DNA of 64,000 nt, taken from Bigelowiella natans CCMP2755 (Eukaryota; Protista; Cercozoa). The position numbers and the translations under genes are program-made. Shown in pieces: positions 1-13,905 of the stretch (within the stretch, counting starts at the first letter, position 1; each line of letters starts with the position of its first letter). Under the pieces are notes generated by a model. It had not been told where the DNA came from and did no database searches. It saw only the letters and a program-made list of their open reading frames with translations. The DNA lies in contig ADNK01000874.1 in NCBI GenBank assembly GCA_000320545.1, forward strand, positions 80,104 to 144,103, read 5' to 3'.

Positions 1-130
1 ACGATGACGTAGAAATGCTCATCTTAATACACATATCATCGATTTCAAAAAGAACTCTGAAATAGTGGAATTAATTTTCGATATGAGATGATGTACGAGA
101 AATTCGTCGTCATTGATGAAATGGACTAAC

Positions 131-913
131 CTTGAGTAGAAAAGGACGAACATGTTTCTATTCTCCTGCCTCGATAATTTCATGGTTTTCTTGAAAGACT
201 TTGCTGTGCCAATGCTCAGAATTTGGTTATCTGGGGCCTCAAACTCGTCAACAAGAGCATTCGAACCACCAAAATCCTCCTCCCCTTTCGCAGTGTTTTC
301 TAATTTACTGAGAGCTATCTTTAGATTGTCCGTGGTGAGGTCGTCATCTTCAAATCGAGAATACATGTAATTACTCTGTATTTTAGTATTTTTTGGTTTT
401 AAGGTTGCACTTCCACGAAATAAGATTATATTTTTAGGGAGTTCTTCCGTAGCGTGAATTCTAAGCAAACTATTTGTCGCAGCATCGCCCTTGTTATACG
501 AGTAGAAGTTGAAAACACCATTGCCATGGAAATCGGCTGCCAGAGCTTTAATCTGGGCAAGAGTTTCGTCATCAGGATCTTCGGAAGCATGAACATGGAA
601 GAAGTGAAATGTTGCTGGAACATCAAATATGCCAAATATTGATTGGTCATTGACTCTTTGAGGTATGGACATGTATTGCTGACGAACAAACTTGATTACG
701 TCATCCTTATTCTGCCCAACACCTCCTCCATCATAATAAGGCGTGATAGAAGGATCTTCTTCTACGCTAGTATCGGCTGCAAACGGGTCTGGAACATATG
801 AGATCATTTGAACTTCATCATCGCTCAGAACCCTTTGAAAAGCGTCTGGCAAGATTTCAGCTTTGGACACTATACCGTACGCTACTCCCGAAACCAGGGA
901 AGACACTAAATAC

Positions 914-959
<46 letters not shown>

Positions 960-1690
960 AGTAAAAAACACATCAAGTTCCTGTTGAAAAGGCATAAGAA
1001 GGAGTAATGAAAACGAAGATGATAATACCTTCTTTCATCAGGGTGGCCATACTTTGCGAAGGCTGTTCCGAGTCTGCAAGAGCAATAATAGCTGGAATCC
1101 TTTCTTCTTGAAATCTGCTGAAGTCCTCGACACTTCCTATTTGGGTTGGGCCTTTCATTTGATATAACACCCATCGTTCCAAGTCTCTCGACATTCTTGG
1201 CCCAGAATAGATTAATGGTGCTTCCTTGTCTTTATTTGGGAATAGCAACACAGAAGGGAAGGACTTGATGCCATATGCCTTTTGCATGCTCATATCCCCA
1301 GAGCAGTCAACTTGGACGCAAGCAATGTTGATAGTGGGATCATCCTGACAAAAATCAAACTCTTAGCATGGGTTCTATCGCACGTTTCGAGAGTAGTCTG
1401 AAATTGGCGACCTTTAGGTTTGCAGCAACTTGTTCATAAACCCCAGAAAACTTTTGAGAGTGAGAGCACCAAGTTGTAAAAAAATTCACCAAAGTAGCAT
1501 TGTTTTTCTGCAGGTGGTCTGTAAGCTCTGTGAGAGAGGGTACAACGGGCGGAGCGGTACTTACACTGTTTTCGCCTTCAGCCACAATGCAAAGACATGC
1601 AAGGGCTAGTAAAACTAATCGTTGATGTGCCAAGCCTTCTCTTCCAGAAGAATTCTCACGTTTATGGTTGATGTTATTTGTCCTCATCAT
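131..1690 (-). CDS. Protein disulfide isomerase / thioredoxin-fold ER protein (3' end runs off the window start)
   Basis: Hydrophobic N-terminal segment (RLVLLALACLCIVAEG) followed by a thioredoxin domain LVNFFTTWCSHSQKF...VQVDC...YGIKSFPSVLLF...YSGPR. GT-AG introns at about 1411-1345 and 1028-906 join the exons in frame. Exon 3 ends in what looks like the start of another Trx domain (MFVLFYSR) at a GT donor at about 130. Confidence 0.8.
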
Positions 1691-2394
1691 TGCAACGTCG
1701 TTGTCTAATTATTTGCTGCTTGTGCTCCTCTTTCTGCAAGATAGATGATAATGACGATGATGATATTCAGCAGCCAAGAGTTTCTACAACTTGCAGGAAG
1801 CCATTATTGCACACTTCAGATAATCGGTTCTCTATGACGGATATGCTGTTAACGATGAACTCTGCCAGAAAGGAAACTGGGAATGCTTGTTGAGTAGGGC
1901 CCAGCAGGCAGGGGGGTAGAGGCAGGGGGGCAGCAGATAGATGTGTGGTTAGCAGTTGTAACTGAAAACACGATAAGTAGTCGTAGTAGTAAGAATAGGT
2001 TATAATGATCATATTCCTGAAGCTTTTCCCAGATATATCGCCGATGAATTTCCCTCCCTATAGCTCCGGACTTAATATTTCCACGGATATGTTGTTTTTT
2101 CTTCCTCTCTGCCAGGAATGCATGTTGATATGTTGGATAAAAGGTCGATCAAATAAAGTCTACCAAGAGAACAATTACAACAATAGACAACGAGCACAAG
2201 TTTGATGGGACGTACATCCGGTTCGAGCGCGCGCGATGGCGGACACGAACGTCACGTCTTACCTACGGAATGAAGATGAAGTTCATCCAACCCGAAATTT
2301 GATTCGGTCTCTAGTCTTCAAGTGGCGCAGTTCGTGCAGTTTATGCGAACGATTGTCTAATTTCAAGTAGATACTGCTTCGACCAAAACTTATT
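1691..2394. promoter_or_regulatory. Divergent intergenic region between the PDI-like and Myb-RING genes
   Basis: About 700 bp between outward-facing starts, with a CG-rich patch near 2220-2260. Confidence 0.35.
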
Positions 2395-4300
2395 ATGGAG
2401 AGCAGTTCCAATCCGTGGAAATTAGAAGAGGATATCAAACTTCTGCAACTGAGAGCTCAATTGGGGCCTGACTGGTCTAAAATCGCCCGAAAGCTTTCAG
2501 GAAGGTCGTTTCTAACGAATGAAGATGATGATGATGATGTATTTAACACATTGCCATTTAACTAATCGTGTAAACCAGCACGTCTGCGGTGGAAGCACTC
2601 GCTCGCTTCACTGAATGCATTCTCCCTCCGAACAAGCGTTCTGGAAAACGAGCATCAACTCTTGAGCATAAAAATCGAAAGAAAAAGAAGCGTTGCCGAA
2701 GCAAATACGACGTCATTGATCTGACAGATGATGTGAAAGAGGCGGCAGTTCTCTGCTTGCAAACTATGTTGCGCAATCCATCCTCGCACTCTGCTGAGTC
2801 TTTGCGGAAAGTGTATAGGATGGCTAGAGACGGGGAGAAGGCAGCGAAGAAGGAGAAGGAGAAGATTGCGAAGCCTTCCAAAATATGTCGCGGAACGCCT
2901 CCTATTTCATCATCATCATCATCATCCAGCTCCATTCGTATGGACGCAACTCATGATAACACTCCTCCTTCGCATCTTCATCGTTATCATCGAATCTATC
3001 ATGATAAAAGCGTTCCCCTGCCTCCACTGATAGTAGTCCCGGTTTCGAGCAATGCATGCAAGGACGAAGAGAAAGGAGGGGGTTCTCATAACAACAATGG
3101 GGAAACCAGAGAAGATTCGAAAGCACAAAGCCATAAAAAGTCAAAGTCTAGAGAAGGGAAGGATTTTCCCAATGAAAAGAATAATGATCGAAATCTTCAC
3201 AATCTGAAAAAAGGCGAAAAGCTGCATAATGCCCTCTGTGAGGCACTAAGACGGACACCGCTGACAGCTATTTCTGACATCTGCGATAGAAAGTAGTAAG
3301 ATGTGCTAATAACTAGCCTATGGAATGATACTACCATCACAAGAATGTGGTCAACAGTGATCATTTTCTTTCACTGCTACTATTACTGCTATTGCTGCAA
3401 CAACTTATTATTATCATGGCAGGTACTATTATACCGAGGAGAAGCAATGGGACATAGAGAGTCTTCGCATTGACTTGCAACATCTTCGTGATATTGTCGC
3501 ACTGTACGAAGCAGGGGCATTGGCTTCCAAACTGGAGGATCATCTCAAAGCTAGAGCCGAAATAGCGATATTTTGCGGGAAAAGTGGCGACAAATGCGGA
3601 TTCAGGAAACTTTCGATTCTATCTGCAATTGAAAACATTGTGGAAAATGTTGGACTGGGAGGTACTACTTCTCAGTATAGATTTGGGAGAGGAATGATGT
3701 GAGAAAGTCCAGCAAGGGCAAAAACCCAAATGATACTACTCGTTTGCAAAAGAGGAAAATATGCTGATGATGGTCCACGATTTTGATGTTCTTCTTCAGG
3801 TGAAGAAGTATTTTCAGATGTCGGAGAAGAAGAATGCGAAAGCATTACAAGCTCGAAATCTCAACAACCAGATAATATCCACGTAGATGATAATAATAAG
3901 AGTACAAGGAAGACAACGAGAAGATCAAAAGAAAGAAACAAGAAATTCGCTGATATTCTCTCGATGCTGAAGACGAAGTATGAGAAGAAAAGCACTGTTC
4001 AGATTACCAACCTAATGGGGGAGGATGCAAGAGATGCAAAGCAACATGACTTCTTCCCACAATTCCCCTTCGTTGCTATTGTAGGGTACGACTGAGAGAG
4101 GAAAGTAGAAATTATGCTTGAGTACTAGGCATGTTGTACCAACAGCTTGGTTGTTGAAATACTAGTATTTAGCGTAATACTTCATGGTGATACAGAGTAT
4201 CGTCCAGTTTCGCCACGTTTTCCTGTGATCGTCGTCTTGCTATGAACTACCATTGCTCTCGCAAACTAGAATATTGCCTGTTGTTTATCGTTGCATGATT

Positions 4301-4335
<35 letters not shown>

Positions 4336-5029
4336 GCTAATTTCTTTCCCACGCAGCTATCCTTCAGAAGCTTTGTACAAGGCCGTTGACGCAATGCAAC
4401 AGAAGACGAAGGCAGCACCTTTTGACCATCACCACCGGCAATCTAACCTCCTTCGCATCAGCAGCGTTCCAAACCAACGTGCAGCATATCATGGTGATGG
4501 CAAGCAACAGCGACACAAAAGACATGGACAAGAGAAAGACTTAAGCAGCAGAACCCATTATTGGTTTGCACGAGGCCGTTGTGATGATGATGGTGATTCT
4601 ACCGCCTCGATTAACGTCTTAAAATCACCACAAGTACCAACAGCAGTTAGCCATAAAAATGACAAAGAAGGACGACAGCCAGGTGGCGATGAAGTTGATA
4701 GCGATGATGATGCCCTTCCGCTTCTTATGCCCCCAGAATCTCTAATTGAGCATATCGTAAATGCACGAAGAACATTGGCAGAGCAGAAGGGGGGAGATAA
4801 AAACACTGGTACTGCTACTACTACTACTACTACTACCACTGCTACCTCTCGTTCTCCCACCATTGTAGCAGCAGCAGGAGGAGGATATTCCAGCGACCAA
4901 GAAGACGTCATCAGCAGCAGCATCGTGCCTTTTCTTCGTGGTGTCCTCCAAGATATGGAAAAGAATATACCACCTTGTGAGCTTGACCCTTCTAAATCGT
5001 GGTCATCGTGTGGTGGTGGTGGTGGTGGA

Positions 5030-5062
<33 letters not shown>

Positions 5063-5633
5063 AATGGTGATGGTGACTGCACAAAGCACCGTATGGAATG
5101 GCGAAGAACCTTGCAAACAGCCAAAACTTTCTCCGACGTAAAGCATTTAGTAGCGACTCTAGTTGAGCAATTACGAGGTACAATGAGGAAACGACTGGTG
5201 CCGTCAACGCAGGTGCTACTGGTAAGATGCAAGGAGGAGGTGGAGGTGGAGGAGGGGGAGGAGGAAGCATCACTGTCATCATCTATGTTACCAAACAAAT
5301 CGAAGAAGAAGCTATCAACGCCACAATCATCATCATCATCATCAGTAGCAGCAGCAGCAGCAACAACAACATCATCATCATTGGTGACAGTGCAGGATAT
5401 AGTCTGGTCGCTTTTAGATCTTGACACTTATCTCTCCCAAATAACAACAAGTGTGGAGGAGGATGAGGAGGAGGAGGAACTCGACGATAGTGATGAGTCA
5501 ACTTCCTCCCTTTTGATCACAAACGAGAATGAAAGACAGCACAGTGGTTGCCTTGACCACGAAAAAAAGGGAAGAAGAAAGGGGGGGGGGAAGCGGACGC
5601 TAGGAATGCAGCACCCACAGCAGTATGGAAAAA

Positions 5634-5664
<31 letters not shown>

Positions 5665-5798
5665 AAGCAGAGGAGGAGGAGGAGGAGGAGGATATTGGAA
5701 CAGCTTGAAAGAAGGAGATCTAGTCCGATATAGGTTGCAGTGATTCGTTCCATCATTTCGTGTTGTTATATATAAAATATGTGTGTCTGTCTGCTGTC

Positions 5799-5833
<35 letters not shown>

Positions 5834-8367
5834 TTGACTCTTTCTACAAACGAACACGGCACGATATGATGTGATATAATACGATACTACGATGACGACT
5901 ACGACTATGATACGATACGATATACCAAACCTGCAACTTTCGTATGAGATCATCAACAACTTACTTCTTCGTAATGAGGATATGTGACAACAATTTAAAC
6001 CTAATATTACACAGAAAAGGGGTGCATTGACATCAACAACCATTAATAAAAACACACTAATTCTCCTATCATCGTCGCTTTCTTTTTTTCTTTAAACAGC
6101 TAATAATCTTCTTTTTCCACAATCATTGCTGGTGCTACGATTCGTAGTATAAACGGCAAGATAGGACAGACTGGCGTGGTAACAAAGATTGCTGTACTAT
6201 CACATCAGCAGCAAGAAGAATCGTGTACCAGCAACGATTTCGATAGTGTCGTTCATCATGACAAGAAGGCTGCTGCTGCTGCTGATGATGATGATGATGA
6301 TTATGATTATGCTGCAAAGAATGTCAAAGTATTTGTCCAATTTGCATATCGGCAGCGTAGGTGAGAAAACAACGAATTCCGAAGTGTAGAAACAAAGAGA
6401 GCACACTAGAAAGAGAAGAAGAAGAACAAGAACAAGAAGAAGAAGAAGAATATCTGGTGATGTATGAGAAAGTGGTTGTCGTCGTCGTCATCATAGTCGT
6501 GTAAAGCAGCAGCTAGTTTTTTATCATTCTCTTCATCAAAAAAATTGAGATATGGGGCACATCGTCCTCCGGACTACTTTTGCAAAAGAATGGATAATAT
6601 CATAGATTATGAATTTAGTATTATTATTATTAAGTGATATGGCAAGCAAGTAGTTGGTGACGTATTATAATTAAGGAGATAATCAATGTTTAGCTATGGC
6701 ACTTTGTACTGGTGATATGACTGAAAGCAGCTAGAAAGTTGTGATGAATGCTGCATTTGATGATATTGGCATATTTTATGCACCACCTACCTGCAGTTTC
6801 GACCAAACGACAATTGGTTTTCTAAACAAATGGTAATAATTTAAATAGTAACTTGGTTTAAGGGAGAGGGATAGATTGCGAATAAGTGCGTTTGGTGATG
6901 CATGATGACTGAAGAGAAAGAAAGTCAATGATGATGATGATGAGGAGGAGGAGGCAATTTATGTGGCATTAACATATGGTGGTGATGATGGTGGTGGTGG
7001 TGGTAGTGATATTGAAAGTGTGATAATTAGCAGTATCATAATGTTTCGACTGCTACCATTTCTCGTCGTCGTTATCATTGTTATCATCACTACAATAATT
7101 ACTGACTTTCATTGATCATCATCATCATCATCGTTATTATAATTACGATAAGGACCGACGATCATCACCTCATACGCTGCTCTTTTCGGGACAACAGAAC
7201 CACCACCAGCACAACTCCTCATGATAATGATATTAATGGCAATGATAATGAGGAGGAGTCTTTATTACAGGGAATTGTAAGTTTAAGCACAACTGTGATG
7301 AAGAAGACGACGACAAGGAGAGATGATGCGAACGTGCACAGCAGCAGTAGCAATCAAGGCAAAGATCCGGAGGAATATAGAAGTAGTAGTAGAGCAGAAA
7401 TAAAAGGAGGAGGAAGAGGAGGAGAGCTCTATTCAGATATTAATGGAAAAGAAAGAAGAGATCAGGTTTTCCTCGTTCTGATGAAAGACCTTCGCTATTT
7501 TGAGATTAACGTACAAGAGCTTCGAGCTGCTGCAATGGGGGGGTCTAGCGGGCCCATACATCAATTCGACAAATTTCTTTCTGATGATGATGATAAATAT
7601 GATGATGAAGAAGAAGAAATCAGGAGTGGAGTGCATTCAATGCAACCGCCACAGAACGTCGTTGTTTCTCTAAGCAATCAAGGCTTGCCTCCAGTAGTAA
7701 AATCATCATCATCATCATCATTATCATCGACTCCCTCACCTCTCCCCTCGCATCATCTTCCCCCCCTCAAAAAGACTACTACTACTGGCTTGTACTGCAG
7801 AAACAACAGCAGAATTACAAGGACTTTCACGGTTTATGACGCTCCAACAGCTGATGATTCACCAGAACTTCTAAAAGCCTTCAATATTCTTCATCAAAAG
7901 GCATTTTCCGACAGCAGCAGCCCAACTCCTCAATCAACAGCTGCTACTCATCATCATCATCATCTTCCTAACGTTTCTTCCCCTGTGGCCCCCCCTCATC
8001 GTCTATTCTCTACTGAAGATCATCCCGTCAATAAACGCAGAACTGGTTGGTCGAAGCAACAACAACAACAACAACAACAACAAAACAGCAGCAGCGCAGC
8101 TTCTTCCTCTTCTTCTTCCTCTACTCTTGTCCCTTTTACAAGGAGCAGGAGCCAACCTGTTCCAACGTGTATTCTCACCTCAAACACCCCGACGCAGCAT
8201 CAGCGGGAGGAGGAGGAGAAAAACAAGCAAACGGCCAGGTTCTACGATGAGTGATGACGATGAAAAATGAGTTATGAAAGTAACGAAGGGCATGATAAAC
8301 AAAGTTGTTCTGTGTCGTTGTTGCATTGATGATGATATATCTACTCATTAAGTACCCCTCCATTATA

Positions 8368-8409
<42 letters not shown>

Positions 8410-8771
8410 CATAGGCGAGGACCTTGGGGGAGGAGAGATGAAAGACTTCGTTGTGCAATTTGCCAGCACCACATACGTCGTGATTCAGGGGAGACGATAG
8501 CTGCACTGGACTGTGCTCATGAGTATGTAGTCGTGTAGTAGTTATGATAGATCATCATAATCATCATCATCCTCTACAATAACACAGACACAACTATTGT
8601 TGTTGTTGTTGTTGTTGTTGTTGCAGGTATCATGAGAAATGCCTCCATGCTTTCATCGAGTACAGTAACACCGACTATTAGATCTCTCTCCATGATGATG
8701 GATGATTAGTGTGTCGTAGTTGTCAATCTTGTAGTAGGCCGATAATATGCCGAGAATAACGTAATGATAGG

Positions 8772-8821
<50 letters not shown>

Positions 8822-9133
8822 GTGTATGCGTGTGTGTGTGTGTGTGTGTACTTGCGATGGTGAGAGAGATTTAGGTAAAGTTGTAGAAGAATTTCCTAAC
8901 AAGAAGAAACGAGAATTAGTGAAAGATCATATCGTGTTCATGCTTTATATGCTGCTATATATTATAGTAAGCATGATTGAATATTTTAAGTGAATTGAAA
9001 CGGTCAAGAGACGTTTGAATACGAAGTGTACTATAACGCGAAGAATAATGTATGTGTGTACTATATTGTTGTTAGGCATGAGAGAGCCAATGCAAATGAA
9101 AGCTATTTGTGTCCTGTGTGTCGGAACGAGTAA
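2395..9133 (+). CDS. Multi-exon protein with N-terminal Myb/SANT repeat and C-terminal RING-H2 finger (putative nuclear E3 ligase)
   Basis: ATG 2395 gives MESSSNPWKLEEDIKLLQLRAQLGPDWSKIARKLSG (Myb). Mostly frame-checked GT-AG splicing runs through about 2580-3293, 3423-3660, 3800-4085, 4358-5732, 6148-6360, 6797-6831, 7153-8249, 8415-8522, 8627-8659 and 9076-9133. The C-terminus reads CAICQ...LDCAHEYHEKCL...YLCPVCRNE* (C3H2C3 RING). Confidence 0.7.
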
Positions 9134-9143
9134 TTGTTCAATA

Positions 9144-9181
<38 letters not shown>

Positions 9182-9441
9182 CGAGGAAAAAAAAAGAAGA
9201 TGGGGGAGAGATGAATTAAAAGAAGAAGAACAAGAAGGAGAACAAGAAGAAAGACAAATCCTAAAATGAATGATACTACCAAACTGCTGTTGTTTTTGTA
9301 AATGAGTAATAGTAGTAGTGGTGGTGGTGGTAATGTGTCGTTATCTTTCTTCAAGAATATCAATCCCTAATTCTCGACTGAATCTAGCACTATTCTCACC
9401 TTTCCCTTCTCTCTTTCTCTCTCTCTCTGTCTCTCTCTCTT

Positions 9442-9493
<52 letters not shown>

Positions 9494-9745
9494 CACAAGT
9501 GTTTCACATGCAACAACTCTAGAACTTAACATTTTATTTGATTTTCGGAGGCAGATGTGTTTATTGGTGTTTGTGCCGTTACTTCTCTTCTTGCTTGCTG
9601 TCTCTGATGATGATCATGAGCATCTTGCTGTTCAAGAACTCTCACCAACTAATTAATTCACGGTTATTATTGTATTGTTGTTTGTTTATTGTATATACAG
9701 CATCCAGACAGTCACCTTTCAGAAGTAGTAATGAATATAATGTTT

Positions 9746-9824
<79 letters not shown>

Positions 9825-10927
9825 AAGAAGTAGTACTAGTAGTAAACTAAATGGTGGATATAGTATAAATAGCTTGTTTACCTGTTTCTAAATTGTCTAA
9901 TGTGTTACAATTACTTTTGTATCATGTTGCAGCAATGAGACGACATCAACATGTGGAAGGTACTATCACTATCATTTGTAGAATCAATGCATTTTTGTAA
10001 TTTGTCTTCTGTATCACTGCTACATCGTTGCTATTGGCCATTAGATATCCTCAAAGAAAGCGTAAGATACCGATCAAAAGTCTCATCCTATCTTGTAACA
10101 AAAGGAAAAAAACCGTTTGAAATATGCTAATTTAAGAGCGTTTTAGAGTGCAAGTATGCTTGTTCATCGTCCAAGTCTCGAAGTTGTTCCTTGTCGATAG
10201 TTACATATTTTTAGTAACATCAACAATAAGCTCGTCGCTTTCTACATTTTCATGCGCAACTTATATACCATGCTGTGTATGTGATGTGCAAATGGTACAC
10301 AATGCATGCTGCATGACATCCTAGGTCGGCAGTCTGCGCACTAGCTAGCTAGCGCACACATTATGGACAGTCATCATGGAATCAGCTATGTGTGCTATCT
10401 AGCTATGCACAGCAGATTTTGTATCTATCACATACTAGCGAATTGCGCGTTACATCATTTTCTAGCTATGATCCAGCCAAGCGCGACGGCTGGCGGTGCA
10501 AAAATTAGCGCTTTATTTGAATGCTGAGCTGCTATTTAATTGTCACATATATAATCCAAAAATTGTATCAGCAGCATCATTTGTAATCGGCGACATTTGC
10601 CGCTAATCTTGCGAGAAGGCTAGAAGGAGCCCAGTCTCGCGGTGGGAGTTTAATTAACACAGCATGCGCACAGAGAAGATTCATATGTGTTCTAGTTCTT
10701 TTTTCCCTCATGTGAATGCATTGTGCGATTATCTAGTTATTGTTATGATCATGGAAACAGGGTGCTCTAATTGCTCTAATGGTCTGTGTGACCTTGATGA
10801 GCATGCTAGCATGCATGGCCGACAAAGAAGAACTGCACCCTAGTGCATAGACTTAGCATCGTTGAATTAAGCAGAGCCAGTCTAGTTTGTTGGCGGCATC
10901 TGCACACGCTGCACTATATCTGTCCTG

Positions 10928-13188
10928 TCAAAGTGTTGAATCCATCCATTTTCAGGATCCTAGACGCAAAGGCGTGAATAACTTCCGCTACTTTTTCTGG
11001 ACGATCTTCTTGTATCGAATGCCCGGACTGAGAGAGAAGATCGAGAACAAGCGCAAATTACATATGTTTACGTGAAAGTACGAACAGTAGCAGGGAATAC
11101 AGGATGGGCCCGCAATTTACAACGCAACAAATAACTACTTATGTGCAATTTACTCAGCATCCGAACCAAATCAGGAAATTCCAATATTGATATCATTTTG
11201 CTATCACATGAATAAGATTCTCTACCACAAAACAGCAGCAGGATCTACATACACACGCAGCAGAGATACAAAACACACACGTAGGCGGGACCTTAGAGAC
11301 AAACACCATTTGGAACTTTCCCTGCATTTGTGCGACAGTGAGCTTCTTGTCCTTGGCCATGCGGTCCCTCCCCGCCAAAATCAACACTTTGGGTATCTTG
11401 AGTGAAACAACCAACTCGGTCATGCCCTGTAAAAAGGAATGCCAGAAATGAAATAGGGGAGGAGACATACGAATAACTTTAGCATCATTAGACGATTGTG
11501 ATCGCATTAGATTTTCTCCCGTTTCTTCCTAATTGTAAGATAAGATTGATGCACAATCAACCTTGAACCAGTTCTTCCAGTACTTTTCAGAGAGGAGAAG
11601 ATCTGTTCTCCATACATACCGACAACACGCCAGAGGTGACTGTTGCTGCAGCTGCTGATGCTGTTTTTGACCGTCCCCCTTCTCCTTGACCAATCGCCTC
11701 CTGACTTGTTTCTTGAGTTGTGAGGGTATTGATAAGCTTGCAGACTCTTCGTTTCGAAGCCATAGATTCTTTAAGGCTGTGCATGATACGGAATCAACAA
11801 TCAGTTATCATGAAGACTACATACTCGTGCAGATTAGATGTGACTAACATATCAAATGAACATCAATGTTGAATACTGCACACTACTAGCCGAGAGTAGT
11901 ACGGCGAGAAGAGAAGGTAATTAATAGTGTAATTTCGGTAATGAAACATGTCAACTCGTTGTCATCATTATGCAATGACAAACCATGGTACTCACCCCAA
12001 TTGACAGCGTCCTTGTTGGAGGGAAAAGAGCTTGGGCGACTACGAACCACATTGGCCATAGATGGTAGAGATGCAATGGCCGTTCCCTCCACCACATCTA
12101 CGATTACAAGACCCACAATCCTAGGAAGAAAGACAGAATGGAAGATATGATAATAAGGAATTAGGAAGGTAAGCGAGAGCGTTGATAAGTACTTTTCTCA
12201 TCAAAGACAACTCTTAAACAGACTACCTAATCTTCTTCATGGCTTTTGCCACTTTGACCGCGAGAGAGCCGCCGAGACTATGGCCTGCAATAATCGTCGG
12301 TTCCTTCGAATCAATCTGAACAATTAGATCGGCCGATACCAATTCGTCGTTAAGGAGCACTCTTATCAGCTTTATTCACGAAGACTAATCTTACGGGAAA
12401 GAGGTATGCTCATGGCGGCGATTTGAAGTGCTTCTTTTCGAATAACGACTGCTCACTCACTCACCGTACTCTCCATGACGTTGACTGTATCTTTCACTAG
12501 CTGTTCCACAGACATCAAGGAATCATCCACCGCCCTGAGAATAATAGGAAGAATATATATACCAAGCCTTCCCATTGTAACCGATACGTTTCATAAACAT
12601 GCACATGTATCACAGCCGAGAAATTGGCTGTGTGGTCTACACACCACCTTGTTCTTCCGTGGCCACGCATGTCATATGACAGGATCTTATACTCCTTTGA
12701 TTTCATATGGGAAGCTAGGACAGCCCAACTCATTGCAGAATGCCCCGCCCCGTGCAGGCAGAATATATTCAAAGGTCCCTTACCCGCTGATTAATTGATA
12801 TTTAGGATGTCATTGCTGTCAGAATGTGTCCTGCATGAACTTTACTACCGGTGTAAACTCGAAATATGTCCTTCGTCTTGCTCGATTCACTTTCTCCTTG
12901 TGCACAATTAAGCCCCCCCTTCTGGTGGCCGCCTTTTGTACCTCCTGCCTCATTCGCACGCTCGATTGCTACGTCAATCTGTTTGTCCCAGTAAAGGTTC
13001 TTCTCATCCTCCAGCTCCTCATTGTTGTCCACTGTGACCCACTCGTACTTAGGGGAGGAGGAGGAGGAGGAGGAGGAGGAGGAGGAGGAGGAGGAGGAGG
13101 AAGCTAACGATGAATTGAAGTACGAGGAAGAATGCCGAGTCGTTGGTTTGGATTGTGGCTTCTTGAACCGAGGCGGGGGGGGCTGCAT
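10928..13188 (-). CDS. PPME1: Protein phosphatase methylesterase 1 (PME-1), alpha/beta hydrolase
   Basis: Exons encode NIFCLHGAGHSAMSWA, SYDMRGHGRT, the nucleophile elbow IAGHSLGGSLAV, GLVIVDVVEGTAIASLPSM...RSRPSSF, KVLILAGRDRM...LTVAQMQGKFQM and a last exon SGHSIQEDRPEKVAEVI. All are PME-1 signature motifs. Stop TGA at 10930-10928. Confidence 0.93.
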
Positions 13189-13494
13189 GGTGCCTCTTCT
13201 CCTTCCGTAGGCTCTCTCTCTCTCTCTGCGAGCAACGCTGCAAGTGGGTGTCGCAGTCCCTTTTCCCCTGGTGATGCTCCCAATATGCCATGTCGCATTG
13301 CAAAAACCGCATGTGTTTTCTTTTCGTCGCGACTGTGTGGATTGAATGATGTGTGTTGCCTCGAAGTGAGACAGGCTAGCAGGTAGCGATGAGGAAAGGA
13401 GGACGGTTCTTCACTTTGGTGCAGTTCATCCCTTGCGGTGATGGAGATGGAGATCAAACTGACTTTGCAGTGGACAATTTGTGCAAGGTGTAAC

Positions 13495-13856
13495 GTGTGA
13501 GTCAGCTAGTAGCTAGCTAGCTAGCCAGCAGCACGGCCAGACGGGCTAGCGGGCCGGACCAGCGGACTGGCGGAGCACGCACACCACCCCCTAGCTAGCT
13601 AGCCCCCCCACACCAACAGAGATCAGCAGCATGGACTGGAGTCGAGTGCAGGAGCGGCCGCAATTGCACGCACGTCTTGTGAAGTTTTGGGAAAGGACAC
13701 TGCTAGACTGAGTGAGCACATGGCTTCACTTGCTGCGAGCAAGCATGCAACGCAGCACAACGATGAAACACAAAAACGCTCGCTTGGCAGGAGTGTTATG
13801 GCTCTGAAAAATTGCTAAGCACTAGAGCGGACGCGATGTGTCGTGGTCTGTTCACA

Positions 13857-13905
<49 letters not shown>

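Noticed and set aside
4558-5862. Long antisense ORFs (4558-5427, 5428-5862) and many poly-amino-acid ORFs across 4-22 kb and 49-64 kb
   Set aside because: They are shadows of trinucleotide microsatellites or of the real sense exon, with no family motifs.
8875-8925. Possible extra exon (VVEEFPNKKKREL) within the RING finger
   Set aside because: Using the AG at about 8874 puts a TAA in frame. Direct splicing to 9076 gives a proper CPVCR ending.
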